Positions 23,501 through 38,000 of a stretch of 64,000 bases of DNA are shown here, piece after piece. This DNA comes from Ylistrum balloti (Eukaryota). Made by a program: the position numbers and the translations under genes. Under the pieces are notes generated by a model. It did no database searches. It was not told the DNA's origin and saw only the letters and a list, made by a program, of their open reading frames with translations. The first letter of the stretch is position 1; the number at the start of each line of letters is the position of its first letter. Where the stretch lies: the NCBI RefSeq assembly GCF_031769215.1, contig NW_026782045.1, forward strand, positions 496,001 to 560,000, written 5' to 3'.

Positions 23501-26050
23501 CCCCCCCCCTCCTTTTTTTCCCCTTCAATAGCACAAATTTGAGAAAGCAAACTGCGAAAGGAAGACAGTTGGTTGACAGCACAAGGTCACTATTATTTCC
23601 AAAGTGGTTCTCTGTGGGAAGATTTTTTATAATCAAAGGAACTGCCAAAAGTTACAGAATATTTCTGAAACAGGGGCCCGATTTTAATAGATATATACAA
23701 TGCTGTAAGGTTCAAAATACGGAACGTATCCTCCTCCTAACCAACTTCCTGAAGAAAACACAACTGACTGACAAAAGAGTTTACAGAAATAATCACAGAA
23801 AAACATAGCGACAAAAATAAACAACTCAACAGCCTACTGGTAACAGGACTCGCCAATCAATAACATCGTCTTATTTCACACCTTTAACAAACCCTTAACA
23901 TGCTATACATTTCACGAAAAATGAAAACAGCATTTGTATATACATTAAAGCTTATGTCGAAATGATTGTGGCATTTTTTGGATTTAGCAAATAGGTAATA
24001 TGTACAATTAATTTATCAAGCATTATAGTGAATACTAGTTAAATAAATAAAAGAATTAAGGATATTTCCAATCAAGAAATGTTCAGTTGTCTTTCTTCAT
24101 TAGCAGCAATCACACTTCAGCAGTTTCATCGCAAATTTGGATAGTGCTAAATTCTAATATACAATGCTCCACTCAAAATGATTTGCACACTTATACGTAC
24201 TATTGAGAGGGAAAAGTTTCTGCAGGAATTGTGTTTAGGCTTTTCATTTTGGAAGTAGAAAAAACAATTTCAATTAAAAATGAAAAAAAAAAAGGAAGAA
24301 AAATTAAACTGAAGCAGAAAGATAAATGCAGAGTCTAGGACTTAAGCCATATCACTTTTTGGAAGGGTATATGGAAGGGAAAGAGTTGAATGTTTGAATA
24401 TTCTACATATGTTTGTTGATAAGTGAAGCAACAACCTTATACTCCTTCCAAGGAGAAAAATTGAAGCCGGATAGGGGCTTATAGCACGGAAGTGTGTTTA
24501 TTATTGTGAATACAGTATCAATGACCTGTCTAGGTACAATAGCTATATGTATTGCTAAATTGTGTTGTCTAGGGCTCTGTGTTGCTAGGTCAACCTGATT
24601 TTGGATTTTAATCAAGAAAAAAATGCTGGAGTCACACGACAGTTCATAGACTGGTCATATGTTTACCAAGGGGAGGTAATCAAAATTTCCATAACCAGTG
24701 GTTTACAATTGTACAACTTCACTCCTTAAAAATGTTGCAGACACATTAATTACAGTGTTACATTTAATACACATTACACCAATTTTCTACTTCAATATGA
24801 CTGGTATCATTCAAACAAATTATAGATACAGGTAAATGTATTGTCCAATATCAGTCATCAAGTTTGGTTCCTTTATTGCATGAAACTCTCCTTTGAACAT
24901 ATGTATCTCAATTTTAAAGACTAATGTACAATTAACATTTAATACTATTTAATAAGCTGATTTTTCATTTATTTATAAAAACTGAATTTATTTGATTAAA
25001 CAAATTTCTGTTTACTTTTTGTGTTCCTATTTTAGCCAGGATGATAAATTCTTTCACCCACTAAAAATGTGATCTATCTATATTTCATAAATTCTGGTAA
25101 ATTAGTTTATCAAAATTCAATATTTGACAAAAAAGGCAATGACACCTTGTGAAAAATGAAGTTCTTACTTCAATATCATAAAATAATCAGTTCCTTAAAG
25201 GAACTTATATTCAAACTTTTCACATGAAATTTTGGCTAGAATTGGCTAGTAGTAAGATTTAGTTTACATTTATATCAAAGGCAATACTATAGTAATCAGA
25301 AATCATATCATATCTTGTACGTATTTCATACGTAGCAAATACAATAAATACAATGCTGTACAATTATTCCATGCCAAGCAAAACTTTAACAATCAATCAT
25401 GTACAAATAAGAAATTCAGGAACAAAGTCTTCATGCAACTTCATACAGCACTATTTCTTGTCATCTCATACAAACACAGCTAATAACCAAGTTGGGCACA
25501 AAATGAATTAATTATTCCATCAATCAACTGAAATCTAACTAATACTATATTCAAAGTTTTCTAAGATGAACAACTTTTTAAATTTATAGAAGTTTGGAAC
25601 CATTTCATTTGTATTTCCCATACTTGAATTCAATAGCAAATATCTATAACTTACGTAATTTAATTCATCGGGAAACAAATAATCACTGCACCGAACATCT
25701 GCTTTATATATGTTACAGGGACCTGGCATAGAACCCTAACATAGTAGTTCACATATATAAACAGATAGTTATAATATATATCTGGCAATGGACGCCGAGT
25801 CACTGGGATATACATATTTTTGCTTTAAATGTTTATTTCCAGGAAATCTCATTAAGAACCCAATCTCAGAAATAGAAAGTTTTAAGACAAGTATATATTC
25901 AATATGTCTTCCACACGAGTCAATCGTGCATTAACGGATTAATCATTTAACTGGCCGTTTAGGATACATCAGCATCTTCTTGCAAGGAACGATGTACCAA
26001 CACTAACACATGATCATTCACACTTATTTCACACCTAATTCAAACCTTCA

Positions 26051-29000
26051 TCAATCAAAAGGAAATGACACGTCTTTGTTACTAGCACTCTTCAGATTTT
26101 CTGACTTTTTAAAATCTATTTGAGCATATGATAATGTCGGACAAGCTCCTGGTTCATCAGCAGAAGAATGTCGACTTTTTATTCGAGGGGATTTTGGATC
26201 GTTGCTATCAACGGTCTCTGACGATCCTAAGTCCAATGAAGCATAATGTAACTGTGTACAACCTGGGGGCGTCAGCTGCTGCTGTGAGGATGACTGTTGG
26301 TGGCCAGATTCTAAATTATTCCCCGATGGGTAAGTCATTTGTTCATATGCCCCAGTGAGGTCTGAACAACTATGCCTACTCCTTGGATTGTTAAAGAAAC
26401 TATTCGTGCTAATAGCAGCACATTGAGCAGGTGCCTCGTCAGCAACCGGCAGAGTCATGCATGGCATACTCTTTTGTTTGTGGAGTTCCGAACCCATTGG
26501 ACTTTGTCCATTCCCTGCAGCACTGTTTGTTTGCCCTTCCATTGAGTCACATGACCCCTCTTCTTTCTTTCCATTGGTTGCTTCATCACCTAGTGAAGAC
26601 ACACTCCCCTTCCGCACTGGCGACATTCTAACATTTGCTGCCAATTTCTGGTTATATTGCCCGATTGTTGAAGTACTGGCCTTTCGATTATGAGGTTGTC
26701 TTTCTGTTCCATCATCTGATTTACTGTCGTCAAGTCCTGATAAAGACACAAGACGTTTTATCGTTACCTTGGAAAGTGACCCCTCAATGTCGCATATCTC
26801 ACTACGCACAGGTAAAGGACGAAGGTTGTCCACATCCGACTCGATCAACTCCTCCACTGGATCATCTACAGATTTTCTAGAGTTACTGAAATTTAAACCC
26901 ACATATCCATCATCATCTTCCTCTTCGTGGACAGGAAGTACTGATGTAGCCAGCGACTTAATTTCTAGACGTCTTTCCACAGGTTTGTCATTAGATTTTA
27001 CCAGTTTTCCTGACCTAGTTTTTGGACTATCACATTTTGGTTTATCTGTAGTGTTACTTTCAGGTTTATTAATGCTAGCGTGCTTTATTGCCACTTTTGT
27101 TGAGTTTGGCTGTTCATTTGAAGATTTTGAAACAGTCTTGCTTGACCCAGAACCTGATATATCACTTTCTTCACTGACCTTGCTACTAATGCTAAATTTA
27201 TCAGACTGACCTTGAACAATTTGACTTTTGGCAATGCTTTGGTTAGAGTTATCTTCAATACAATCTTTTTCCATAGATTTTTCAGCAATGTAGGATCGGA
27301 CACGGGTAGGATTTTTAACATCTGCTTCACTTTCCTCGATCTGATGAGTAGATGGATCAAACTCCATATACTGATACGACTCCCCTGCCACTCCTCCTGG
27401 ATTGGTCGGTGTTTTCTCTTGATCCTGATTGGCTAGAGAATTGTCACATGTCTCTCGTTGATTTTCCCCAGATGTTAATGGAGCATGAGTCATATAATCC
27501 TCCATGCTTCCTAACGAGAAAACAACCGATTCTTTATTCTCAGACTTAGAACTTGGAGAAGATTTTTGACTGGAGTCTTTACTTTTCTTGACATCTGATT
27601 GGCTACACTTGATCACATTTTTGTCCGAGGAAACCTCCGGCTCGAAGTCCATGTAATCACTACTAGGAGAGAGTACAACTGGAGCAGATTTAGATGTGTA
27701 TGAGGGGACTGATTCAGGCTTCTTCACTGCCCTGGAAAACTCTGCTGGTTTATCACTTTCTTCAGACAGTGTCATTCCAGGTTCATACACCAGGTAAACA
27801 TCATCTTGAACACTTGTTGTCTTTTGAAATTTGGATTCTGACTTCGGGCTTTGTTTTCCATCTTTTGGACTTATTCTCCCTAACTTTTTACTCTCAGAGC
27901 TTTCTTTTTCTTTCTTCTCTTTTTTATCTGAAGATTTCTTTTCACTTTTGTCACTTTTATGTTTCTTTTTCTTCAGAGAAAATCTCCCCGAGTCAGAACC
28001 TGAGGAGTCTCTGCCACTAGATCCTTTTAAATTACTGTCAACTTTGTCAGAGGAAGCTGGCTGGTAAGGGACATAACTCTCTTCCTCCGATTCCCTACCA
28101 GAACTTGCTGGACTACGACCTTTGACCGAAGGACTGCGTGATCCACCCGATCCTGAATTAAAAGCCACTGGACTGAAGAGAGCTGCTTGGCTTGGAATTC
28201 CCTCAGTTCCATGCGTGGTGCTTCCTGTATGATGCGATGGAACAAATCCCATCGGTTTTTGTACAACATGACCAGATGCTTTGATAATTTTGATGTCTGG
28301 TGAGGATTTCTCCGGTCGACTAGGGCTAATAAAGCCACTTATAGCTGGTGACGAACTTAAACTCTGTGAGGATGAACTACGCGATGTACCACTACATTTC
28401 GAGCCTGCACTTTGGCCTTGACCTCCAATTGACATATCTATGTATCCACTATTTTCAGAGTTTCGATTCATGTTCATATCAACATAATCTGACTGCTGTG
28501 AAGACTTGGAAGATGTTTCTAGTTTACGCAGCGACTCTGAAGAAGAAGCTTTCGAAGATGTGGTGGAAAACCTGCCAAGGGATTCAAACGATCGCTTATG
28601 TAATAATTCTTTTGAAGTTGTACGTACAGATTCAAAGGATCCCATCTGTTTACCCCCACGAGAACTATGACCATAACTGGATGACCTTGGTCTATGACCT
28701 TGCGCATTGTACATTTTTCCAAAACTTGATGCTCGTGGTCTATACCCATAACTTTCACTTGCAGTGCGCGGACGATAAAAATCCAGCTCCATAAAGGAAT
28801 CTGAATCATCAGATTTGATTGATGCACTGTTTGAAGAGGCGTCCATAGGCATATAGGCTGCAGCCTGATTCTTAATTTTCTGAACTATGAGATGTGGAGC
28901 ACTGGAACTGCGGCCATTGTCTGTGACTTTCAGATTAAGTGGAACAGAGGGTTCTGTGACATGAGTGTGTCGATGCATCATCTTGCTAGCTGGTCGACTG

Positions 29001-32000
29001 CCTAGGGAATAAGCTCTTTTGGGGAACTCACCAGACATTGAGTCATCCGACAGATAACTTACAACCTTGGCTGGCTTCAGATCTGCAGCTGATCTTGGAC
29101 TAATGCCTGTTGGAGTCATGGGAAGATAACTCTCACCACCTTTAAACAGAGATATCAACATCATCAGTGTTATTATTTAGTCTTACAGGTGATTTCTTCA
29201 TTGACACAAATTTCTGTCTAGAATTTCCCAATGACAACAAATTTCAAAGGGAACATTTAAAATATGAATGTTTATTGAAAACAGGACAAGTTGGCTTTGC
29301 TGGACCTGTAGTAAATTTACAACCATATACAGTAAAAACAATTAATTGAATAATAATTCTTATAACAAGACAAGCAGAAGATTAGACTGTAGTGTTTCAA
29401 TGACTACGCCGTCACTTTCACCAGACAAATGACCAGTGTGGAGCATACATTCACTGATATTCATAGTGAGCGGGACGGTACGGAATCAATGTACTGTTTT
29501 GACTATACTATAATCCAATGTACATTAAGGTCGAAGATAGTGTGACAAGGAAATGTTTGGAAAAAAACAACAACCAATCATTATAGGGTTGAGCTAGAAA
29601 AAAGTAAAATGTTAAAGTGTGGTTAACATTTCTTGACACCAGTGATGCAAAATTATGTAAGATATAAGATTGTGCTTTTAATTCTGAAGATTTAATTTAC
29701 TTTGTCAGGGATTTCAAATTTGTAAAAAGTCAATAAGAGCTCCTTTCAATACCAAGATAGCATCTGTTTATTAAAATACCAAGTGCAGTTCTAAATGATG
29801 AAATTAAAAAGTTTTTAATGAGTTTTTAGTCTTTATGAATGACAAATATTAAGTCACTTTGATGAGTTTTTAGTCTTAAGGAATGACAAATATTAAGTCA
29901 CTTTGATGAGTTTTCAGTCTTAAGGAATGACAAATATTAAGTCACTTTCATAAGTCACTTTGATGAGTTTTCAGTTTTAAGGAATGACAAATATTAAGTC
30001 ACTTTGATGAGTTTTCAGTTTTAAGGAATGACAAATATTAAGTCACTTTGATGAGTTTTTAGTCTTGAGGAATGACAAATATCAAGTCACTTTGATGAGT
30101 TTTCAGTTTTAAGGAATGACAAATATTAAGTCACTTTGATGAGTTTTTAGTTTTAAGGAATGACAAATATTAAGTCACTTTGATGAGTTTTCAGTCTTAA
30201 TGAATAACAAATCTTAAGAAACTTTTTCTCTACAAATGTCTTACAACTGCCTGTGTCTGTGCATGTTTGGACAATTTAGTAATATTTGCTCAGAAATTGG
30301 GACGATATTCCTGATTTTGCTTACTTTGGGGAAATAAGACACTTTTCACTACAGGAAGTTAAACCCCAGTTTTTTCATATATATTCCAATAAGACATTGA
30401 CAGAACTAAAACGGTTGCAACTTATTTGTTATAATGTACAGTAACTTACTTCCGCCTTCCTTGACTGTGGGGAGAGGCTGACTAGTTGGCGTCATGTTCA
30501 TATCCATGTACCCAGGCTCTTTAGGACCACGTTGTGGAATTGGAACCGACATGGATGATTGTCGGTTTCCATGGTGACCCATCATCATATAGGAGTTGTC
30601 CATTCCTCCTACAACATTATGTCATGCTTTACATAATCTTGACGAGGAATTTGAATATTGGCTTGGGAATTCAAAATTTGAACATTTGAATATTAAATTT
30701 TACATTTAAAAAAACATCAAGAAAAAATAAAGGAAGAAATGATGAGAAAAAATAATATTGTAAAATTGAATATCTAAGTGGGGTTCATATTTTGTGGTTT
30801 TCCAAAAATTAGCATGGATGAATTTTCGCTAAAAAATTCACTTATATTATAATCCCTGTCAATTTTAATATATTTATCATTTCCTGGACATATAAATTCA
30901 TGGATATAGACCACCCACAAATTTAACAGAAATAAATCCACCACAAAAATTACAGATCTTACAGTAATTAGTGAAGGGAGGTAATTCATCCAGTGTTCAC
31001 ACCAATATCAAAAATTCTTGCATCAAAAGTTTTGCCATACTTAGTTTTCTTTCACCAAATCATAAATTCAGGATCCAAATAAAACCGAGTCATAACATTA
31101 GAGGTTAGCTGTTTTCAGATAATCTTACGTTGTCTTTTCCAGATTTGTATAAAATACCTTGCCATTGTATTATGTAACCATTCATAACTTCAAGAAAGGT
31201 TTTGTAGTGCCACCTGATTGATTTCATCAAAACTTGGCCTTCAGTTAAACATTTTTCACCAAATAACATGACCTTAATAACACATTAAGCCACTGACACC
31301 CATAAAATCTGTCACAAAACGTTTCTCCAACATCATTATGGGAATCATTTGCAAGATTAAAAGTTGTGGATTTTTTTAAGCTATTTAATTTTTCATAAAA
31401 AAGTTATTATTTAAATACTAATAAAATATCATTCCAAAGAAATGCATTCTTTCTCTGCATTGTTTTGTGTCCTTATGACCTGTGTGGTGACCTTATGACC
31501 TGTGTGGTGACTTTATGACCTGTGTGATGACCTATGTGGTGACCTTTTGACCTGTGTGATGACCTTGTAACCTCTGTGGTGACCATATGACCTGAGATGA
31601 CCTTATGACCTGAAATGACCTTATGACCTGTGTGGTGACTTTATGACCTGTGTGGTGACCTTATAACCTGTGTGATGACCTTGTGACCTGTGCAGTGACC
31701 TTATGACCTTGGGTATTACCTTTTTCCTGGGGTAGGTTTATAGCCATGTCCATATAGCCTGTATCACTTCCTCCAACACTGCTTCCTAACGAACTGCTTG
31801 GTTTCATCTCAATGTATCCCTCATGCTTGTTGCCCCCAGAAATCATGATTGCATCAGAGCCTACAAAAAGAGGTATTCATTCATAAATTAACTCCGTAGG
31901 TTTTATAAATCTCATCCTCAAATTATTTCCGATAAGGAATCAAATGGACTTATCAATTACCATCATTTAAACTTAAAATATATTTGTAAAATAGATGTGG

Positions 32001-35000
32001 ATTTATTGTGAAAAATTTTGACAGGTACAAAATATTATCACTAAATTAGTACAATGTAAATAGTGAACAAGATCTTTACATCAGGATGTTAACATTGTAA
32101 TTATCAAAATACTTTTCGCTCTCTATTATTACCAGAAATGGTATCTTACCAATTCTGTCCGTTACAAATGGATGTGGTGGTGAGGGTGTGGTGGATCTCA
32201 CGCCCGCCCCCGGAGACATGTCAAAGTAAGACGACTCCTCTGTGATTGGTGGACGCATCGAATCCGGGGTCATGGAACGATGTGACCTAATGTATAAACC
32301 AATCACATTGATTTCTTTACTACAGAATAAAAAGGTTACAAAAATTGACATCAAGACATTTATATATCACATGCACAGTATTCAATAAATTTTAATAAAA
32401 TTTCTTGGTGGAAATAAAACACTATTACATCAGACTGTTTGCAATGTTAAATGGGTATTGTAATTTAGTTAAAACATCAGATTCCAAGAGAAATTTTTCG
32501 CAAGCACTTATTTCCATTTTGGACTACGAGAAGTTAAAAGTCAAATTTTGAAAGTTCCATCAAATTATTCACAAGAAATACCTAGTTCAATAAGACTTAT
32601 CTTAATTACCAGGTTTATCTGACAATAAACAAATGTCTGGTAATAAGCCCACCTGTTACTTTTAGAATCAAACTGTGTTGGCCCCATTGTAAGATAAATA
32701 TGGGACCTTACATTGACATGTATCTCCCTTTCTCAAAGCGACTCATACAGTTTCATGAATTTTGCTTAACTTTGACTTTACCTTAAAATTAGTCATAAGA
32801 AAGCAGTACATAAGGAAACGTCTTTTAATTCATTTTTTTTCTTAGCTTACTTCAAGCTTTTTTTATGTGCGTTAAGATTTCCTTAAGAGAAGAAAGATTG
32901 ATGAAACTTGGGCTAGAATTGAATTACAAGACTTACAACTGATCGCCTGGGCTGGACCCATATATAGACGTGTCAGGTGACAATGCCAGCTGGCTACATC
33001 GTGACCCATGTGACCCAGCACTGTCTGAACGGACACGATGACCTTGGTGACCTGGCTGAGTAGGAAAACTCAGAGGTGCATGTGCCATGCACTGATTCTC
33101 ATAGAAAGGTGGCTGTGAGGCAACATCAAATGAATGAGGGCTGCAATAATCAAATTATCCCTTTAATAATCTAATAACTGAAACACAAATTCCATTCATT
33201 AATTTTTTTATTTTCCTTTTTCATTCAGATAAATGAGGATTATCTCTATCTTTGTTTTGAAATTGACTACATCTCTATCTAACTCATATATGTATCACTT
33301 CATTCTTCCAGTGTTTTCCGAAGAAGTGATGTAATATTACTGCCTTTTTATAGGTTTTCATTTGATCAATTGTGAAAACTTTCCAAATCTTACAAGAAAT
33401 TCCAGAATTTGCTAAACTCAAATCCTCTAACATGAACAGTTAAAAACTTTTATAAAAGTTCAGAGATTACAATCATTATAGTTTCATTACAGGAAAATGT
33501 TTTACCTACAAAAATATCAGAGAGCATAAGAGAATGAGATGAAGCAGTGTGAAATAAAACAAATCTTAAATTCTGAGGACTTATGAAATTGATTCGATAT
33601 CTTACTGGAAAGAATTTTGTCCCGAAACAATCTGTGGAGCAGCGTTGTCCATGGTTGTATTGGAAGGTCTATACACCATGGATGACATCGGCCGTCGGCG
33701 TGGACTGCCTTGTCCTTGGGTTCGTTGACCTTCACTTCCTGTCCGAGGCCTCAGTGCCGCCTGTCCATTGAAATCATGACTGTTGTCCCTCGGGCGGTTG
33801 ATAGTTGAGGTATTTGTACTGCTGCGCTGTCGGAAATGGCTCTGATCACTACTGGAAGAGGTTTTCATAGCACTGTGGACAAGAACACATGAAATATCAC
33901 AAAATTTAAAAAGACAGGAAACTCCAAATTTTATTCATTTTTGGGGGGTTTAATTTTTCACTTTTCAAGGATGAAATAAAATGAAAAGTAGAAAACAATA
34001 AGACCTTCATACAAAACATCTGCCCTGTTAGCTTCTGATCAGAAATTTAAACCATACAAAACCCAGCTTTACAGAAATGTTATTGTACTGCAGGTGAATG
34101 ATTGTTACTCATTAACACACAAAGAAATGTATTTAAGTTATTAGAACTTACTCAATGACAATATTTTAACCATGACAATTACTTAAGTTCAGGAGAGACC
34201 TTTCCATCTCAAGTTAAAAAGTCTTAATGAAAAACGAACTGCCAACAGTCAAAAACATGTTACAGCTGATATAATAGAGTAACTATACAAGGCCTTTGTC
34301 TTTCTGATGTTGCCATGGTAACTAATGACACATAAATTTTACCAACGCCATCAATTCAAAATCTATGACAATTTGAAAATATCAAGAAGACTTTGAACTA
34401 CGGAAAGACTTACCTTAAAATAACATCATGCATACTCTTGGCAATGACTGTATCCTCTACCTGAATCCAAAGCTCTCCTTCACCAGTTGGGGCTGACCGT
34501 CCAACATCCATGAAGAAGTATCCATCGGAATGACCACACCCTCTGATACTTGACAAAAAAAAAATTGTAGGTGACATAGGTACAATGGTGCCGTTACTTA
34601 CAGAAGCAGGTAATTTTTTTCCAGTTCCGATGCTTTAGAAAGGTTAAATAGTCAGATTTTACTATAGTATTTTATACGATTTGTAAACACGACAAACAAA
34701 AATAGGTATCATTCTTCATGTATGCACAAAATGTAAATAAGAAAAGTCTGATGATTACATTTAGTTCCAAGATTGCTATCTATAAAAACGTTATGAATCT
34801 ATAGGATTCTTTTCATTTCCAGAGACATTGTATGTTCCAAGATGGACCAGTCTTAGAGAGAACCCATCTATTTATAGGCAAATTTCCTCTTTTCAATAAA
34901 GCCTTTGATTTCATCATGGCAATTTTCATTTCTTTCTTCTCTAGTAATAAATAAGGACATAAGTAAGGGATAATTGAATTTTCACTTCTTTTATAGGAAT

Positions 35001-38000
35001 GTCCTTACTTTCTAAATATTTATGAATTTTTTTAAAGTAAGTATTCAGTGTAATTCAAAGTTAAACATTTTACAATAAGCATATACCCATAAAAAGTACT
35101 TAATTTACAATTTATAATTACTCCGTGTTTTACCTGAAAGGTGAACTCGAATACATCCGAGTTGTTTCTGATGAGACAGATGTCATTTGTTGACAGACAC
35201 ATGCGATATGTGCCACTCATTCCTGAGATAGTGTACCCAAGACCCCGCTGTTTGATTGTCACCTGCCATACATAATCTGTAGAAAAAATGGAAAGACGAT
35301 TGCAGGTAACCAAATAATATGCAAAACATGTAGAGTAATGTAACACTGTAAAACAGTCTTTTTAAAATCGGTAATGATAGAATGTAAAAAAATGAAGTTA
35401 TTGGAATGTTGTTTATTGCTGACTCAAAACCACATCTAGCAAATTATCAGGTGCATTCAATCTATAGAGATGTATACTGCCATGTGAAAACTCCTGAACC
35501 TGAATTCACATAATTGTGTTTTGTATGTAATGTTAGCAAACTCACATGTTGATTTTATCTTTGTAATAATATCAATGAATTAAAGCAGTGAAAACTTGGT
35601 GGAGCAACATACACTGACAAGTCACACACCATAACTGATTACTCCACACAACAACTGACCACTCAATACAACAATTGACTTATCAACACAACTGACCACT
35701 TAAGAAGTCAACTGATCAATCATGCATAATTGACCTCTAATCAGAACAAACGACCATTAAAGACAACAAACAACCACGCAATGCAACAACTGATCATACA
35801 ATACAATAACTGACCACTCCACACAACAACTGACCACTCAACACTACAACTGACCACTCAACACTACAACTGACCACTCCACACAACAACTGACCACTCC
35901 ACACAACAACTGACCACTCAACACTACAACTGACCACTCCACACAACATCTGACCACTCCACACAACAACTGACCACTCCACACAACATCTGACCACTCC
36001 ACACAACAATTGACCACTCAACACTACAACTGGTCAATCATCACAACAACTGACCACTCCACACAACAACTGACCACTCAACACTACAACTGACCACTCC
36101 ACACAACAATTGACCACTCAACACTACAACTGGTCAATCATCACAACAACTGACCACTCCACACAACAACTGACCACTCAACACTACAACTGACCACTCC
36201 ACACAACAACTGACCACTCTACACTACAACTGGTCAATCATCACGACAACTGACCACTCCACACAACAAAAGACCATTAAACATGCCAAATGACTGCTCC
36301 ACACAACAATTGACCATTAAACATAACAAATGACCGCTCCACACTACAATTGACCATTAAACATGACAAATGACCACTCCACACAACAATTGACCATTAA
36401 ACATGACAAATGACCACTCCTCACAACAATTGACCATGAAACAAGACAAATGACCGCTCCACACAACAATTGACCAGTAAACATGACAAATGACCACTCC
36501 ACACAACAATTGACCATTAAACATGACAAATGACCACTCCTCACAACAATTGATCATTAAACATGACAAATGACCACTCCTCACAACAACTGACCATTAA
36601 ACATGACAAATGACCACTCCACACAACAATTGACCAGTAAACATGACAAGTGACCACTCCACACAACAATTGACCATTAAACATGACAAATGACCACTCC
36701 TCACAACAACTGACCATTAAACATGACAAATGACCGCTCCTCACAACAAATGACCAGTAAACATGACAAATGACCACTCCATACAACAATTGACCATTAA
36801 ACATGACAAATGACCACTCCTCACAACAATTGACCATTAAAAATAACAAATGACCGCTCCACACAACAACTGACCACTCATCACAAGAACTGACCACTCA
36901 ATGAAACAATTTGTAACTCCACAAAATGTCTGGTCACCACAGCTGACCAGTGAATAAATCCTGAGTACACAACAGATTCTACTCTTTAACTACAAAACAA
37001 TGCGGGCCAGACTCCCACCAATAGTTCAGGAAACTCACCAAAATGTATCCTGGGCGATACAGTAACACCATCTGAATACTCTGTTTGGTACTCCAACAAA
37101 TATTCCAACCAATGATCTTGCTCCATTGTATTTTCTGCGATGACCGAGAAGCAGTCATCTCGCGTGTACAGGGCAATGACATTTTTCACACGTGTATCCG
37201 ACTTTTTGTTGATGTTGAAACATGTATGTAGATGTATAACACGTTTAGGTGGTTGACCATTACGGAACTTTTTTTCGCTATCGTAATACTCAAACCTTGC
37301 CGGTCCACTACTGCTTGTTGACCGCATCAGGAAGAATTTCTTCTTCATAGTCTGAGAAGATAAAATATAGTCAGCAGGAAATTTATTTCTTTGATAAAAG
37401 AGTCCAGTGATAAGAAATCGGTCAAAATCCATAATCAATAATCAGTTATAATCAGATAGGCTTTCCTATAATCAATTACATAATCAGCTGTGTGTTCCAT
37501 ATTCATGGTAATGTCATGTTTTCTTCATTACTTTAAGCTGAATTATCGTACTTACCTAGAATTTGCATAAAAATGAATGTCATTGTCAATTGGAACTTCA
37601 ATATGTGTAATATGAATTTTTTTGGATAATTTTATAATATATAAAACTTAAATAAAACATACTGAGGTAGCGATAATTTATGGAAAATTATCATCAACTG
37701 ATGTATCAGATAATCCATCATATCTGATTGTCATTCCATCACTAAATAAACAAGTCTATAAAATCCTTTTTTTCATTTTTAAAGATGTAACACAAAAACC
37801 TTATAAGGATTAATCATCACACAACTCACTGCATGAAAGAAAATTCAGCAGACTACCTATCACATAGCTTAAATATACTAACAACGACCATTCATAAAAG
37901 TAGAGTGGTTTGGTTGTGTTCTAACTGCTAAACAGCAGGAAGACCACAGAATAATAGATAAAGCTAGTGTCGATCAAATAGATTTAAATAATCATTACTC

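Noticed and set aside
29140-29164. ORF-track start MMLISLFK for the 1037-aa ORF (likewise the N-terminal 29 aa of ORF 36986-37438)
   Set aside because: These residues are intronic. Strong acceptors at 29140 and 37352 connect these exons to the upstream IRS exons.
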